From Thainema sp. (GTDB taxonomy: Bacteria; Cyanobacteriota; Cyanobacteriia; Phormidesmidales; Phormidesmidaceae), in assembly GCA_052168235.1 (NCBI GenBank), contig JBQLZK010000074.1, positions 1-29,349 of the forward strand: a stretch of 29,349 bases of DNA, given 5' to 3'. Below are positions 8,436-18,443 of this stretch, in pieces. A program made the position numbers and the translations under genes. The first letter of the stretch is position 1. Every line of letters starts with the position of its first letter. The notes under the pieces were generated by a model, which saw nothing but the letters and a program-made list of their open reading frames with translations, had not been told where the DNA came from and ran no database searches.

Positions 8436-10262
8436 ATGGGCTATCAACCGATTGAAAACTACGGCATTATCGGCAACATGCGCACCACGGCTCTTATTGG
8501 GCTGAACGGTTCCATTGACTGGTTTTGCTATCCAAATCACGATTCTCCTAGCATTTTTTCAGCCATTTTGGATCATGAAAAAGGTGGCCATTTTCGCATC
8601 ACTTCAACTGTCGAAGATGTTTCTTACAAACAGTTTTATTGGCCCGATACCAACGTATTAGTAACTCGTTTTTTATCGAATCAAGGCGTAGGGGAGATTA
8701 TTGATTTTATGCCCGTGGGGACGGACAATTTTCATCCTTGGATTGTTCGCCAAGTTAGAATGTGTCGCTGTTCAATGCCGTTTCGGTTGACTTGCCGTCC
8801 AGCCTTTAACTATGCCCGAGATGAGCATTACACCAAGTTAGTGGATGAAGGTGCTGTCTTTTTATCTGACAATCTCAATCTAGCGTTAGTAACGGAGATG
8901 GATCTCCAGCAAGATGGAGACGGCGTAACGGCAGAATTTACCCTCCAGGAAGGAGAATCGGCAGTCTTTGTGCTGCGCAGTATTGACAGTCTAGACGATA
9001 GATATGCTCCTATTTCGTGTCAGTATGCCGATCATTTATTTGAGCAAACGGTTCACTACTGGCGCAAATGGATCTCCCAAAGCGTCTATCGAGGTTTGTG
9101 GCGAGGTCGGGTAGAGCGCTCGGCTCTGGTGCTGAAGCTGCTGACCTATGAGCCTACGGGAGCAATCGTTGCGGCACCCACAACAAGCCTGCCAGAAGAC
9201 ATTGGCGGTGAGCGCAACTGGGACTATCGCTATACGTGGTTACGCGATGCAGCTTTTACAGTCTATGCCTTGCTGCGACTGGGCTTTACGCAGGAAGCTG
9301 ATGGCTTTATGAACTGGATTGAGCAGCGCTGTCAGGAAATTGATGGTCAGGCAACACTGCAAGTGGTGTATGGCATTGACGGTCGCCGTGACCTGACTGA
9401 AGTTCATCTGGATCATCTCTCTGGCCATCACGATTCCACGCCCGTCCGCATTGGCAACGGTGCCTATAGCCAGCATCAGCTCGATATTTATGGGGAACTG
9501 ATGGACTCGGTTTATCTCTATAACAAGCATGCTGTGCAGATTTCCTATGACTTTTGGCAGCATTTGCGGCGCATCCTCAACTGGCTCTGTGATAACTGGC
9601 AGCAACCGGACGATGGCGTTTGGGAGTCCCGCGATGGGAAAAAGCAGCATGTTTACTCCAAGCTGATGTGCTGGGTGGCGTTTGATCGGGGGTTGCGGCT
9701 AGCAGATAAACGATCATTTCCGGCGGATCGTCAGCGATGGATGACTGAACGCGATCGCATTTATCAAGAGATTTTTGATAAGGGCTGGAACGCTGAACTG
9801 GAGTCCTTTGTGCAGGTCTACGATGGCGACACGCTTGATGCTGGTTGCCTGATTATGCCGCTAGTCTTCTTCATGGCACCTAATGATCCACGCATGATCA
9901 AAACGCTGGAACAGCTACAAAAGCCACCTCGGGCAGGAGGATTGAGCGCCAATAGTTTGGTCTATCGCTACAATCCTGTAACGAACGATGATGGTTTATC
10001 GGGGCGCGAGGGCACGTTTAATCTCTGCACCTTTTGGCTGGTGGAGGCCCTGACCCGCGCTGGCTACACCGATCCAAAACAGCTCGACAAAGCTCGCTTG
10101 ATCTTTGAAGAAATGTTGAGCTATGCCAATCATCTGGGGCTATACGCGGAGGAAACAGGTATCAACGGCACCGCCCTGGGTAACTATCCCCAAGCGTTTA
10201 CTCATATTGCCTTGATTAGCGCCGCCTGGAATTTGAACAAAGCTTTGGAAAATTCCAGATAG
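8436..10262 (+). CDS. Glycoside hydrolase family 15 (trehalase/glucoamylase-like)
   Basis: Motifs [74 protein letters not shown]. Confidence 0.93.
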   Translation: MGYQPIENYGIIGNMRTTALIGLNGSIDWFCYPNHDSPSIFSAILDHEKGGHFRITSTVEDVSYKQFYWPDTNVLVTRFLSNQGVGEIIDFMPVGTDNFHPWIVRQVRMCRCSMPFRLTCRPAFNYARDEHYTKLVDEGAVFLSDNLNLALVTEMDLQQDGDGVTAEFTLQEGESAVFVLRSIDSLDDRYAPISCQYADHLFEQTVHYWRKWISQSVYRGLWRGRVERSALVLKLLTYEPTGAIVAAPTTSLPEDIGGERNWDYRYTWLRDAAFTVYALLRLGFTQEADGFMNWIEQRCQEIDGQATLQVVYGIDGRRDLTEVHLDHLSGHHDSTPVRIGNGAYSQHQLDIYGELMDSVYLYNKHAVQISYDFWQHLRRILNWLCDNWQQPDDGVWESRDGKKQHVYSKLMCWVAFDRGLRLADKRSFPADRQRWMTERDRIYQEIFDKGWNAELESFVQVYDGDTLDAGCLIMPLVFFMAPNDPRMIKTLEQLQKPPRAGGLSANSLVYRYNPVTNDDGLSGREGTFNLCTFWLVEALTRAGYTDPKQLDKARLIFEEMLSYANHLGLYAEETGINGTALGNYPQAFTHIALISAAWNLNKALENSR

Positions 10263-10265
10263 ACT

Positions 10266-12038
10266 TTATCCAGCTTCAACGGCGACTTTTGGCTGCGCTG
10301 CCTCGAACTGTTCAATTGCCTGTTTTCCCTGCTGCGGTTCGCCCCAAATCACCTGTTCGTGCTTGTAGATCACCATGCCCGGTTTGGCACCCTTGGGCTT
10401 GTAAACATGCTTGGGTTCCGTATAGATTACCGGAGCCTGGTCGCTCTGGCGGGCGCGACTGAAGTAAGCCGTTAAGTTGGCGGCAAACTGAAGGTCGGCT
10501 TGGTCAGGTACTGCACCCGGATCGAGTCGTAGCAGGGCGTGGCTACCGGGGATTTCCTGAGTGTGAAACCAGATATCGTATTCCGTGGCCACGCGGAACG
10601 TGAGCAGATCGTTTTGGCGATTATTGCGCCCGATCCACAGCTCAAAACCGCCGGGGGTCGGGAAGCGGTAAAACTCGGTTGATTCGCTATCCCGTCGCTG
10701 AGCGCGCACATTCGGGTCGTCCATGTAACCCTGCTGCACCAGCTCATCCCGAATTTCTTCCAGCATCCACAGATCGGACGGCTGCTGATACTGCTGGACT
10801 TGATCCAGGGCATCCTCAACCTGTTCTAGATATTGAATTTCACTGTTCACTTCAGCCAGTAAAGGTTCCACCGACTGCCGCGCCCGCTTCAGCTTCTGGT
10901 GCCGCTTGTAGAGGGCTTGAGCATTTTGCACCGCATTCTTTTCGGGATTAAGCGAGATCGCAACTTCTTGACCCGTTTCAAACTCATTCAGCCGAATGGT
11001 TTGCATACCCGGCTGCCACTCGTGCAGATAGGCCATCAGCAGATCGGCCTGCTGGCGAAACGTATCAGCTTCGTCGGACTGCTGAATGCGATCGCGAAAC
11101 GTGTTGGCCTTTTGCGTTGCTTTTTTAAGGAAGTTACTCAGCTTCTGGCTGAGCTGCTGGCGCAGGCGATTGAATTCTTGCTGATTCGTTTGGTCACGGT
11201 AGTAGTCGCGCAGCAGAACCTGCACATTTTCGGCAGGAGCGATCTGCTCCCAACCCATGACGGTGTAGCCTTTCTCCAGCCAGCCGGGATTAAACTCGTC
11301 CTGTGCCAGCGCCGTTAGCCATTCTTGCCAGTGCTGATGGAGCCGCTGCCAGTCGGTATCGTTTAACTCATCAGTGGACTGATCGGCATTGAGTCCCGCC
11401 GCGCCAATCATGCCCCGTACCAGCGCCGAGCTTAAGCCGCGATAGGAGCGCACCATCATTTTGACTAGCTTACCGGGCACCAGCCGAATGCGATCGCGCC
11501 ACTGGTCAAACGGTTCAGCCAATGTCGGAATCGGATCAGTGAGTCTCGGTGGCTTAACATAGGGCTGTCCGGTCAGAATGGGTCGCACACTGGACTGCTG
11601 CTCGCTCACCTGATGGGCGACGCTGACGATCACGTTCTTTTGGTTAGCCAGAATAACGTTGCTGTACTGACCCATGATTTCCACATACAAGTGCCAGATC
11701 GGTTCATCGCCGGGACGCTGCCCAAACTGCAAGTCTACAACCCGTTCCCACGGTTCCACCTGTGCGATCGCAGTTAGCGCTAGTCCATTCAACTGATGCC
11801 GCAACTGCTCACTAAAGGTAAACGTGTCGGGCGTGCGGGGCGGAGCTTCACCAATATGCAGCCGCGCCGCCTGAGGATGCCAGGAAATTGTCAGCCAATC
11901 CCGCCGATCCAATGTGCGGAGCGCCAATGAGAGGGTAAAGCGATCGCGTTGATAGACCTGCTCCATGCGGGCAGGTAGCCAACCTGAACGCAATTCAGCG
12001 CAGGCAGCCATCAGCGTCGTGAAATCAACGGGTTGCAT
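10266..12038 (-). CDS. rqcH: NFACT-family ribosome quality control protein RqcH/Rqc2 (FbpA-like)
   Basis: DFTTL start, LYVEIMGQYSNVIL, NAQALYKRHQKLKRA coiled coil, GRNNRQND, WFHTQEIPGSH, KPKGAKPGMVIY. Confidence 0.92.
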   Translation of the reverse strand: MQPVDFTTLMAACAELRSGWLPARMEQVYQRDRFTLSLALRTLDRRDWLTISWHPQAARLHIGEAPPRTPDTFTFSEQLRHQLNGLALTAIAQVEPWERVVDLQFGQRPGDEPIWHLYVEIMGQYSNVILANQKNVIVSVAHQVSEQQSSVRPILTGQPYVKPPRLTDPIPTLAEPFDQWRDRIRLVPGKLVKMMVRSYRGLSSALVRGMIGAAGLNADQSTDELNDTDWQRLHQHWQEWLTALAQDEFNPGWLEKGYTVMGWEQIAPAENVQVLLRDYYRDQTNQQEFNRLRQQLSQKLSNFLKKATQKANTFRDRIQQSDEADTFRQQADLLMAYLHEWQPGMQTIRLNEFETGQEVAISLNPEKNAVQNAQALYKRHQKLKRARQSVEPLLAEVNSEIQYLEQVEDALDQVQQYQQPSDLWMLEEIRDELVQQGYMDDPNVRAQRRDSESTEFYRFPTPGGFELWIGRNNRQNDLLTFRVATEYDIWFHTQEIPGSHALLRLDPGAVPDQADLQFAANLTAYFSRARQSDQAPVIYTEPKHVYKPKGAKPGMVIYKHEQVIWGEPQQGKQAIEQFEAAQPKVAVEAG

Positions 12039-12177
12039 AAGCGAGGCATCTGAAACGGAATTTCCGTTCCCATTGTCTCAATTAATCTTCCCGTCTGACA
12101 GAAACCTGGGATGGGTTATGGTGGAGTGCTGCTTGAAAGTGAGGAGTGAGGCGAGAGAAGCGGAAGGGCTGCAAAGA

Positions 12178-12226
12178 CCAGTACCTCGCACCTAGTACCC
12201 AGTACCCAAAACCTAAAACTCAGCAC
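12178..12226. repeat. Degenerate heptamer tandem repeat (STRR-like)
   Basis: CCAGTAC CTCGCAC CTAGTAC CCAGTAC CCAAAAC CTAAAAC TCAGCAC: seven 7-mers all ending in AC, just downstream of the kinase stop. Confidence 0.6.
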
Positions 12227-12236
12227 TCCCTCCCCC

Positions 12237-14516
12237 TCAGCTCACCTTACACCGATCATATGTGGGGGATGGATTAAGTGCGGCTGGATTAACTGAGAGA
12301 TAGATGGCGAAACTCGTCCAGCCGTCTTCGCTCTTGACTTCCAGGCGAGCATCAAGCTGTTTAACGAGCTTTTGCACCAGCGCCAGTCCTAACCCAGTAC
12401 CGCCGCGACTCCAGGGATCGCCGTTGGGGACGCGATAGAACTTTTCGAAAATATGCGGTAGCTCATCTGGTGCGATCGCAGCTTGGTTTTCAACTTGCAG
12501 CCAGAGTTCTGGCAGTTTGTGAATCGGGTTGTGTTCCACTCCGGCTTTGACTCGAATCCCGCCTTGGGCCGGAGTATATTTGCAGGCGTTGTTGATTAAC
12601 TCCACAATAATCCGGCGCAGTGCCACTGGGTCGGATTCGATTTCTGGCAAATTTGTTAAGTTATCAACTTCTAGAACCTGCTGATACTCACCAATTTGAG
12701 ACTGGAAGGATTCAATCAGCGGCGGCAGCCATTTTTGTAGTTGGATCGGCTCTCGAACCATGTTGTAGGACGAATCATCCAGCCGCTGCAAATCCAGCAG
12801 GTCGTTGATCAGTTCCACTTCCCGCTTGCACTCGGACTCCAAAATATCCAGATAGCGCTGGCAGTGATCGCTGTCGGGATGGGTCTTCAGCATGTGAATT
12901 GCCATTTTCATATTGGACATTGGCGTCCGCAGCTCATGGGATACTGTGCTGAGGAAGTCGTCTTTCAGGTGATTGAGCCGCTCTAGTTCTTCAATTTGAT
13001 TGCGCGAGGCTTGATACAAACGGGCTTGACGAATTGCGATCGCACATTGAGTGGCAACTTGCTGAATTAGGCGAATCTGCGAATCGGTAAAGCAGTCCCC
13101 GGATTCATTAACGACCCACAGATCGCCAATCACACCCTTGTTGTCGCGAATCGGGCAGGCCAGCATCACCGCTTGACCCCGAGGTGAAGTCGCCGTTAAC
13201 GAGCAAAACTGAAAGTAGTAGCCGCGACGAAGCTGTTTGTAGAGTTCAGGCCGATTGGCCATCTGCATTACCCGTCCTTCGTAGGCAATGCTGGAGGTGG
13301 TGTATTCGTAGCACACCGCAGAAATTTCCCGATTCAGGTCATACATGGCCGCATTACAGGAACTGGCCCCGAGGACGCTGCCCAGTTCCTGTACGGCAGT
13401 CCGTAGAATCTGATCCTCTTCTAAACTGTCGCGTACTTTGTCGGTGATCAGCTTCAGCGTCGCCTCAAACTCCAGCGCCTGCTCAAGCTGGTGAGTGCGT
13501 TCGGCCACCTGCGATTCCAGCCGCGCATTAAACGCCTGCACTTGCTCATACAAGCGGGACTGCTGAGTTGCGATCGCAACCTGAGTCGCAAACTGACGAA
13601 TCATGTCCACATCCGCAACATCCCACACGCGCGGCTGCCGCTGTTGGGCAATCATGAAGCCCCAAAGATGATTCCCTTGAATAATCGGGGCGCAAATAAA
13701 TGCCCTCACCTGATGCTGATGGGCCACATGCTGCACGGGATCAGATAGAACTTCTTGCTGGGTGTCATTCACCACAAAAATCTGCCCCTGCCGATAAAAC
13801 TCCTGCCGTTCAGACGAAATGACATCGATCAGCGTAAGTCCCAAAACGGGAGAGAGGGAAGGCTGGGTGGATTCGGACACAATTTGAATATGGGACGGTG
13901 GTTGTAAACAGCCTAAAACAACCCGATCGGCGCTCAAAAACTGCCGCACTTCACCCACTGTCGTTCGTAGAATTTGATCCAGATCGAGCGATTGGCGAAT
14001 CCGTTGAGAAATAGCGCTGACTGACCGCTCCCGTTCGGCCTGCTGCAAGAGCGATCGCTCGGTGCGCTTCTGCTGGGTAATGTTGCTCAGAGTGTAAACC
14101 ACTTGAGCTGACGGATTATTAGCAGGATGATTAATTGAATCTGGATGGTGCTGCCCCACACTGATCGATAAGTAGGAGTGGGCTAGCCCTCCCCGCTGGA
14201 TCACTAAAACGTGATGTTGTTGAACCGAACAGGTGGCCAATAGCTGGAGCAACTCTAAAATGGAGTAAACGGTGTGATCCTGCCGATGGTCAAGGTAGGC
14301 TGACCACTGAGGCGGAAAGACAGCATCGCCTCGCATCTGCGCTTCATTCAGTCCCAGCAGATTCGGCACAATGGCATTCATCAACTGAATCGTCTGGCTG
14401 GTATCCACCACCATCACGCCGACCCCCAAACTATTGAGTAAGTCTTGCATGGCAGGTGATTCAGAGGCTAAATACACCTCGTTTGCTTGAGTTGAATTGT
14501 GTTGTGTTTGATCCAT
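12237..14516 (-). CDS. Sensor histidine kinase, PAS-like + GAF + GAF + HisKA + HATPase
   Basis: H-box FLSTVSHELRTP, N-box ELINNACKY, G2 box GGTGLGL. Two GAF signatures (SLDLDQIL..ADRV..APII...LWG..QVAIA; SLEEDQIL...CPIR...QCAIAIRQA). The start is uncertain (14516 or up to 14564). Confidence 0.9.
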   Translation of the reverse strand: MDQTQHNSTQANEVYLASESPAMQDLLNSLGVGVMVVDTSQTIQLMNAIVPNLLGLNEAQMRGDAVFPPQWSAYLDHRQDHTVYSILELLQLLATCSVQQHHVLVIQRGGLAHSYLSISVGQHHPDSINHPANNPSAQVVYTLSNITQQKRTERSLLQQAERERSVSAISQRIRQSLDLDQILRTTVGEVRQFLSADRVVLGCLQPPSHIQIVSESTQPSLSPVLGLTLIDVISSERQEFYRQGQIFVVNDTQQEVLSDPVQHVAHQHQVRAFICAPIIQGNHLWGFMIAQQRQPRVWDVADVDMIRQFATQVAIATQQSRLYEQVQAFNARLESQVAERTHQLEQALEFEATLKLITDKVRDSLEEDQILRTAVQELGSVLGASSCNAAMYDLNREISAVCYEYTTSSIAYEGRVMQMANRPELYKQLRRGYYFQFCSLTATSPRGQAVMLACPIRDNKGVIGDLWVVNESGDCFTDSQIRLIQQVATQCAIAIRQARLYQASRNQIEELERLNHLKDDFLSTVSHELRTPMSNMKMAIHMLKTHPDSDHCQRYLDILESECKREVELINDLLDLQRLDDSSYNMVREPIQLQKWLPPLIESFQSQIGEYQQVLEVDNLTNLPEIESDPVALRRIIVELINNACKYTPAQGGIRVKAGVEHNPIHKLPELWLQVENQAAIAPDELPHIFEKFYRVPNGDPWSRGGTGLGLALVQKLVKQLDARLEVKSEDGWTSFAIYLSVNPAALNPSPTYDRCKVS

Positions 14517-14734
14517 CGTGAAGCGACTCAATCTCCAACCTATGCCAGCACTGACAAGCATCAACCAACCTTAACTGACTGAATCTATATCTGTAATATT
14601 TTGTACCCGTAATAGATTGATCACCACCCTGTTTTGTCACTCACTCATCAAAAATCTAAGCAGAATTCGTTGTCGTCGGTAAGGTTGTCTATGCTGTCAG
14701 TATGCCTGCTGTCAGTGCGAAAGACATCAAACGT

Positions 14735-16192
14735 TTAGCTCCTCTGACAATTGTCACATCGACAGGTGGATAGGAGTTCCGACCGATCAGCATGGCCAAA
14801 ATGCTGTAATAAGAACTGCCAGCGGCATTGTCGAGTGCGCAAATAGCGCTGCATGGACTGGGCTGATGCGGATGCAGTTGTGTGATGTTTGGCTTCATGC
14901 TGCGGATGCAAACGGTAGTTAAACGGGTCGAGCCATTCAAGCTGTCCCGCACTGTGCAGTAGAGCCAGGGCAGATGCGCTGCCTGGAAATTGCTGAGTAA
15001 CCACGTCTATAGTTCCCGCTTGCGGTAGCTGTTTCATCAACTGGGTCGCTTTTTGTTGCTGAGATCGCGCTTGGTTGTGAAAATACTGCCAGCGTTGTCG
15101 ATCGGTGTTATCTAGCCAGCCAGTTGGCTCACTGACCAGCGAAAGTGCGATCGCGGTTTTGCCATCTCGACCCGCACGGCCCACCTCTTGCACATATTCG
15201 GACAGTAAATTTGGCACGTTATAGTGGGCTACGAAGCGAACGTCAGGTTTATTGATCCCCATACCAAATGCCGAGGTACAAACGACAAACTGATGCCGAT
15301 CCTGTAGCCAATCTTGCTCAATTTGGCGACGTTGGCTGGGAACTAATCCGGCATGATAAGCAGCGGTACGCCAGCCTTGCTGCCGCAGGGCTTCAGCTAA
15401 ATCTTCACTTTCCCCACGGGTGCGTACATAGACTAAGCCAGACTGCTTGCGATGGCGCTGAAGTAGCTCTAACAGTTGCTGTTGGCGCTGCCGGACTGAC
15501 CAAACGGTCTGAATTTGCAGCCGCAACTGGGGCCGATAGGGATTTAAGATCACCCGATAGGGCTGCTCTAGCCGCAGAATATGCTCAATCTTTGCTTGCG
15601 TCGCCGGATCAGCGGTAGCCGTAAAGGCTGCGACCGGGATCTGAGTACCGGGCGGTTTGTGGCTGAGCAGAGTGGATCGGACAGCTCCTAACCGCTGATA
15701 GGTCGGTCGAAAGGTTTCGCCCCACTGAATCAGACAGTGCGCCTCATCCAGAATGATGCCGTTGATGGTCAAATTGGGCTGACACAGCCGCTGCCAAACG
15801 GGTGGACTGAGCAGCGTTTCGGGCGACACATACAGTAATCGGATCTGCTGCTGTTCTAGCGATCGCAATGCGGCGGCGCGAATCGGTCGCGGCAGTTCTC
15901 CATGAATGACGGCAGCAGGTAAACGGCGCTGCTTTAACTCGGCAACTTGATTCTCCATCAATGCCACCAGCGGCGAAACGACCAGCGTCACCCCCTGCTG
16001 CATCAGAGCAGGTAGCTGAAAGCAAACTGATTTACCGCCACCTGTCGGCATCACCACCAAGGTGTCGCGCCTGTTGCATAACGCCTCCACGATCTCACCT
16101 TGGGGTGGACGAAATTGGCTGTAGCCCCAAATCTCTTGAAACCGCGCCAAAATATCAGCCCGTTCAATCTGCCCTCTATTGTGCTGCGTCAT
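14735..16192 (-). CDS. recQ: RecQ-family ATP-dependent DNA helicase (short form, no HRDC)
   Basis: Motifs FRPPQ, MPTGGGKS, DEAHC, TATA, AFGMGINKPDVR, QEVGRAGRDG and Zn-binding CRWQFL...CRCDNC. Confidence 0.93.
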   Translation of the reverse strand: MTQHNRGQIERADILARFQEIWGYSQFRPPQGEIVEALCNRRDTLVVMPTGGGKSVCFQLPALMQQGVTLVVSPLVALMENQVAELKQRRLPAAVIHGELPRPIRAAALRSLEQQQIRLLYVSPETLLSPPVWQRLCQPNLTINGIILDEAHCLIQWGETFRPTYQRLGAVRSTLLSHKPPGTQIPVAAFTATADPATQAKIEHILRLEQPYRVILNPYRPQLRLQIQTVWSVRQRQQQLLELLQRHRKQSGLVYVRTRGESEDLAEALRQQGWRTAAYHAGLVPSQRRQIEQDWLQDRHQFVVCTSAFGMGINKPDVRFVAHYNVPNLLSEYVQEVGRAGRDGKTAIALSLVSEPTGWLDNTDRQRWQYFHNQARSQQQKATQLMKQLPQAGTIDVVTQQFPGSASALALLHSAGQLEWLDPFNYRLHPQHEAKHHTTASASAQSMQRYLRTRQCRWQFLLQHFGHADRSELLSTCRCDNCQRS

Positions 16193-16293
16193 CAATGCAC
16201 CCTGATGTAGCTCTATATTCTAGAATGCCCATCAATTGTGCAAATCTGGAGTTTATTCCGGGAAATTTAAGTGTTTATCAGACCTTTACAGCC

Positions 16294-16321
16294 CCCTCAC
16301 TCCTCACTCCTTACTCCTCAC
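16294..16321. repeat. Heptamer tandem repeat (STRR-like)
   Basis: CCCTCAC TCCTCAC TCCTTAC TCCTCAC: four copies right after the DUF4346 stop. Confidence 0.7.
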
Positions 16322-16326
16322 CTCTC

Positions 16327-16734
16327 TCAATCCTGCACGTATTCTTCGCCTGAAATGAGCGCTAGCTCGGCCCGGACAAACTCGCGTCCTAGATACAGCG
16401 CATGATCCAGACGAGAAAGGGGGCAGGGCTTCGTCTCTTCGGTGATCTTCATGCCGATTTCTTTAGCGGTTCGGCCTGTAAACACAGCGGTTGGCGTTCG
16501 TTCAACTTTGCCGCGCACAGGCAGGGGTTCGCCCGTTTCAGGATCAACGGCCAGTCCCTTTTCGTTGATATTGTTCGTGAAGTGCTTGGCACAAATTAAG
16601 CCAGCCTCTCGATCCAGGTAAATCAAAAAATAACCTGCCGGATCGAGGTCGATGTAGCGCTTGGATAATTTGTTGTCGATGGCGGCGAGTGCTTCGGCAG
16701 TGGGTGCCATGGCTGAATCGATGGATGAAGTCAA
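16327..16734 (-). CDS. DUF4346 domain protein
   Basis: LSKRYIDLDPAGYFLI...GRTAKE...LDHALYLGREFVRAE...YVQD. Start is TTG 16734 or ATG 16710. Confidence 0.8.
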   Translation of the reverse strand: MTSSIDSAMAPTAEALAAIDNKLSKRYIDLDPAGYFLIYLDREAGLICAKHFTNNINEKGLAVDPETGEPLPVRGKVERTPTAVFTGRTAKEIGMKITEETKPCPLSRLDHALYLGREFVRAELALISGEEYVQD

Positions 16735-17119
16735 GGTTTTCGAATGTATGCGGGATTACAGAACGGTATCTAGTCTATCGTCCCAGACTCTAAGTTTCCT
16801 TAAAAATTACAGATTGAATGTGCGATCGCAGCCCAAGAGACGCCATAACTAAGAAAGGCATCGGCAACAAGATTGAAATATTCGATCGTAGGGTTCGGAG
16901 GAGTGGGGTCAGCAGTCACATTATGGGCCGCACCAAAACGGTTTAACGATAACTGTCCCTGCAAACGTTCTGTGAGCCGTATGCCAAACTAGAGAAAGAT
17001 GATACTTTGGTAGCCCTCAACATGCTCTGAGGCCGCTACCGATACTTCAAAGGAGAATGGGGCCATTCTCCGCACTAAGCTGTCACCAGATTGTCATCAC
17101 GAAAGGGAAGACAAAGATT

Positions 17120-17893
17120 ATGGGTTTATTCGATCGCGTCAGCCGAGTCATTCGGTCAAATCTCAACGCTGCTGTCAGTTCAGCGGAAGATCCAGAGAAG
17201 ATCCTGGATCAAGCCATTATTGATATGCAGGAAGACTTGGTGCAGATGCGTCAGGCGGTTGCCAGCGCGATCGCAAGTCAAAAGCGAATTCAGCAGCAGT
17301 ATAACCAAGCGCAAACCGAGTCCAATAACTGGCAGCAGCGGGCTCAACTTGCTCTCCAAAAGGGCAATGAGGACTTGGCTCGCGAAGCGCTCAGCCGCAA
17401 AAAATCTCAAACAGAAGTCGCGACAACGCTCAAGACTCAGCTCGATGGTCAAGCCGCGCAGGTTGATTTACTCAAGCGCAATCTGATTGGTCTGGAAAGC
17501 AAGATTGCCGAGGCCAAGACCAAGAAAGATATGCTCAAGGCTCGTGCCAGTGCGGCCAAGGCTAATGAGCAACTGCAAAACACCATGAGCAGCATGAACA
17601 CCAGCAGCGCCATGTCTGCCTTTGAGCGGATGGAAGATAAGGTGCTGCAAATGGAAGCGCGATCGCAGGCGGCAGCAGAACTGGCGGGAGGCGATCTGGA
17701 AAGCCAATTTGCGGCGCTGGAATCTGGGAGCGATGTTGACGCTGAACTCGAAATGATGAAAGCGCAGCTCACGGGCACATCTAGCACCACTCAAGGACAG
17801 CTTCCGGCGGCAGAAACTGGCTCGGCACCCGAGGAAGATCAGGTTGTGGATGCTGAACTGGAAGAACTGAAGACACAGCTCGATCAGCTTTAA
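17120..17893 (+). CDS. vipp1: Vipp1/IM30 (PspA family) thylakoid membrane protein
   Basis: MGLFDRVSRVIRSNLN, AEDPEKIL, SAFERMEDKV, DLESQFAALE, plus the Vipp1-specific C-terminal extension (VVDAELEELKTQLDQL). Confidence 0.93.
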   Translation: MGLFDRVSRVIRSNLNAAVSSAEDPEKILDQAIIDMQEDLVQMRQAVASAIASQKRIQQQYNQAQTESNNWQQRAQLALQKGNEDLAREALSRKKSQTEVATTLKTQLDGQAAQVDLLKRNLIGLESKIAEAKTKKDMLKARASAAKANEQLQNTMSSMNTSSAMSAFERMEDKVLQMEARSQAAAELAGGDLESQFAALESGSDVDAELEMMKAQLTGTSSTTQGQLPAAETGSAPEEDQVVDAELEELKTQLDQL

Positions 17894-17945
17894 TCATAAA
17901 AACGTCAGGCATGGCATGAGGATCTGTTTAGCGTCGGCATCGGAT

Positions 17946-18034
17946 GCCCTCATTCCCCAGCCCCTTCTCCCACAGGAGAAGAGGAGCCGGATCGGAAGTC
18001 CCTCTCCTGCGGGAGAGGGATTGAGGGTGAGGGC
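17946..18034. repeat. Cyanobacterial dispersed palindromic repeat (CCCTCA...CCCCTTCTCC...GGAGAGGG...GGGTGAGGG type)
   Basis: Terminal GCCCTCA/TGAGGGC enclosing two internal hairpins (CTTCTCC/GGAGAAG and TCCCTCTCC/GGAGAGGGA). Confidence 0.75.
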
Positions 18035-18095
18035 AAGACGACCTTGGACGAGCCAACAGAGCATCACACTAAACAAAAACTGGCCTGACGTTACG

Positions 18096-18146
18096 AAACC
18101 AAAAAGGTGATGGTGCCACGCTGTGGCACCATCACCTTTTTGGTTT
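18096..18146. terminator. Bidirectional intrinsic terminator between convergent vipp1 and DUF5340/trpC
   Basis: Perfect 24-bp inverted repeat AAACCAAAAAGGTGATGGTGCCAC-GCT-GTGGCACCATCACCTTTTTGGTTT with an A5 and a T5 tract. Confidence 0.85.
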
Positions 18147-18161
18147 TCGTGAGGCGTGAGC

Positions 18162-18440
18162 CTACTGATTTTCGAGATTTTCCAGAAAAGCTTCCGGTTG
18201 CGGATTGCGCTGGTTTAGAGACCAGCGATATTCAATCGTTTGGTCTGCCCGTTTGCAGGTTTGCTCCAGATACTTCTGCTGGGACAGCGCCTTCCGCAGA
18301 GTGACAATCAGCTCTTGCACCTGTGCCCGCTGCGGTGAATTGGGATCAACCGCAAATAGCGTTTGACGCTCTAGCAGTTGCAGCAGCAGCTCATAGTGAA
18401 TATGGGAAGGCAACGGAATAGGATCTGTAGACAAGGCCAC
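18162..18440 (-). CDS. DUF5340-like conserved cyanobacterial protein
   Basis: PLPSHIHYELLLQLLERQT...LIVTLRKALSQQK.LE..C....IEYRWSLN. Lies immediately downstream of trpC. Confidence 0.8.
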   Translation of the reverse strand: MALSTDPIPLPSHIHYELLLQLLERQTLFAVDPNSPQRAQVQELIVTLRKALSQQKYLEQTCKRADQTIEYRWSLNQRNPQPEAFLENLENQ

Positions 18441-18443
18441 ACC

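Noticed and set aside
14593..14606. GTA-N8-TAC (NtcA-like site) upstream of the histidine kinase
   Set aside because: A six-base pattern expected several times by chance. The nearest TAN3T is 19 nt away rather than the usual ~22.
12178..16321. Heptamer runs as possible CRISPR arrays
   Set aside because: These are tandem 7-mers without spacers, typical cyanobacterial short tandem repeats.
17916..18110. Small ORFs on both strands after vipp1, and similar ones at 20834-21058 and 25971-26156
   Set aside because: They are translations of palindromic repeats or antisense overlaps.
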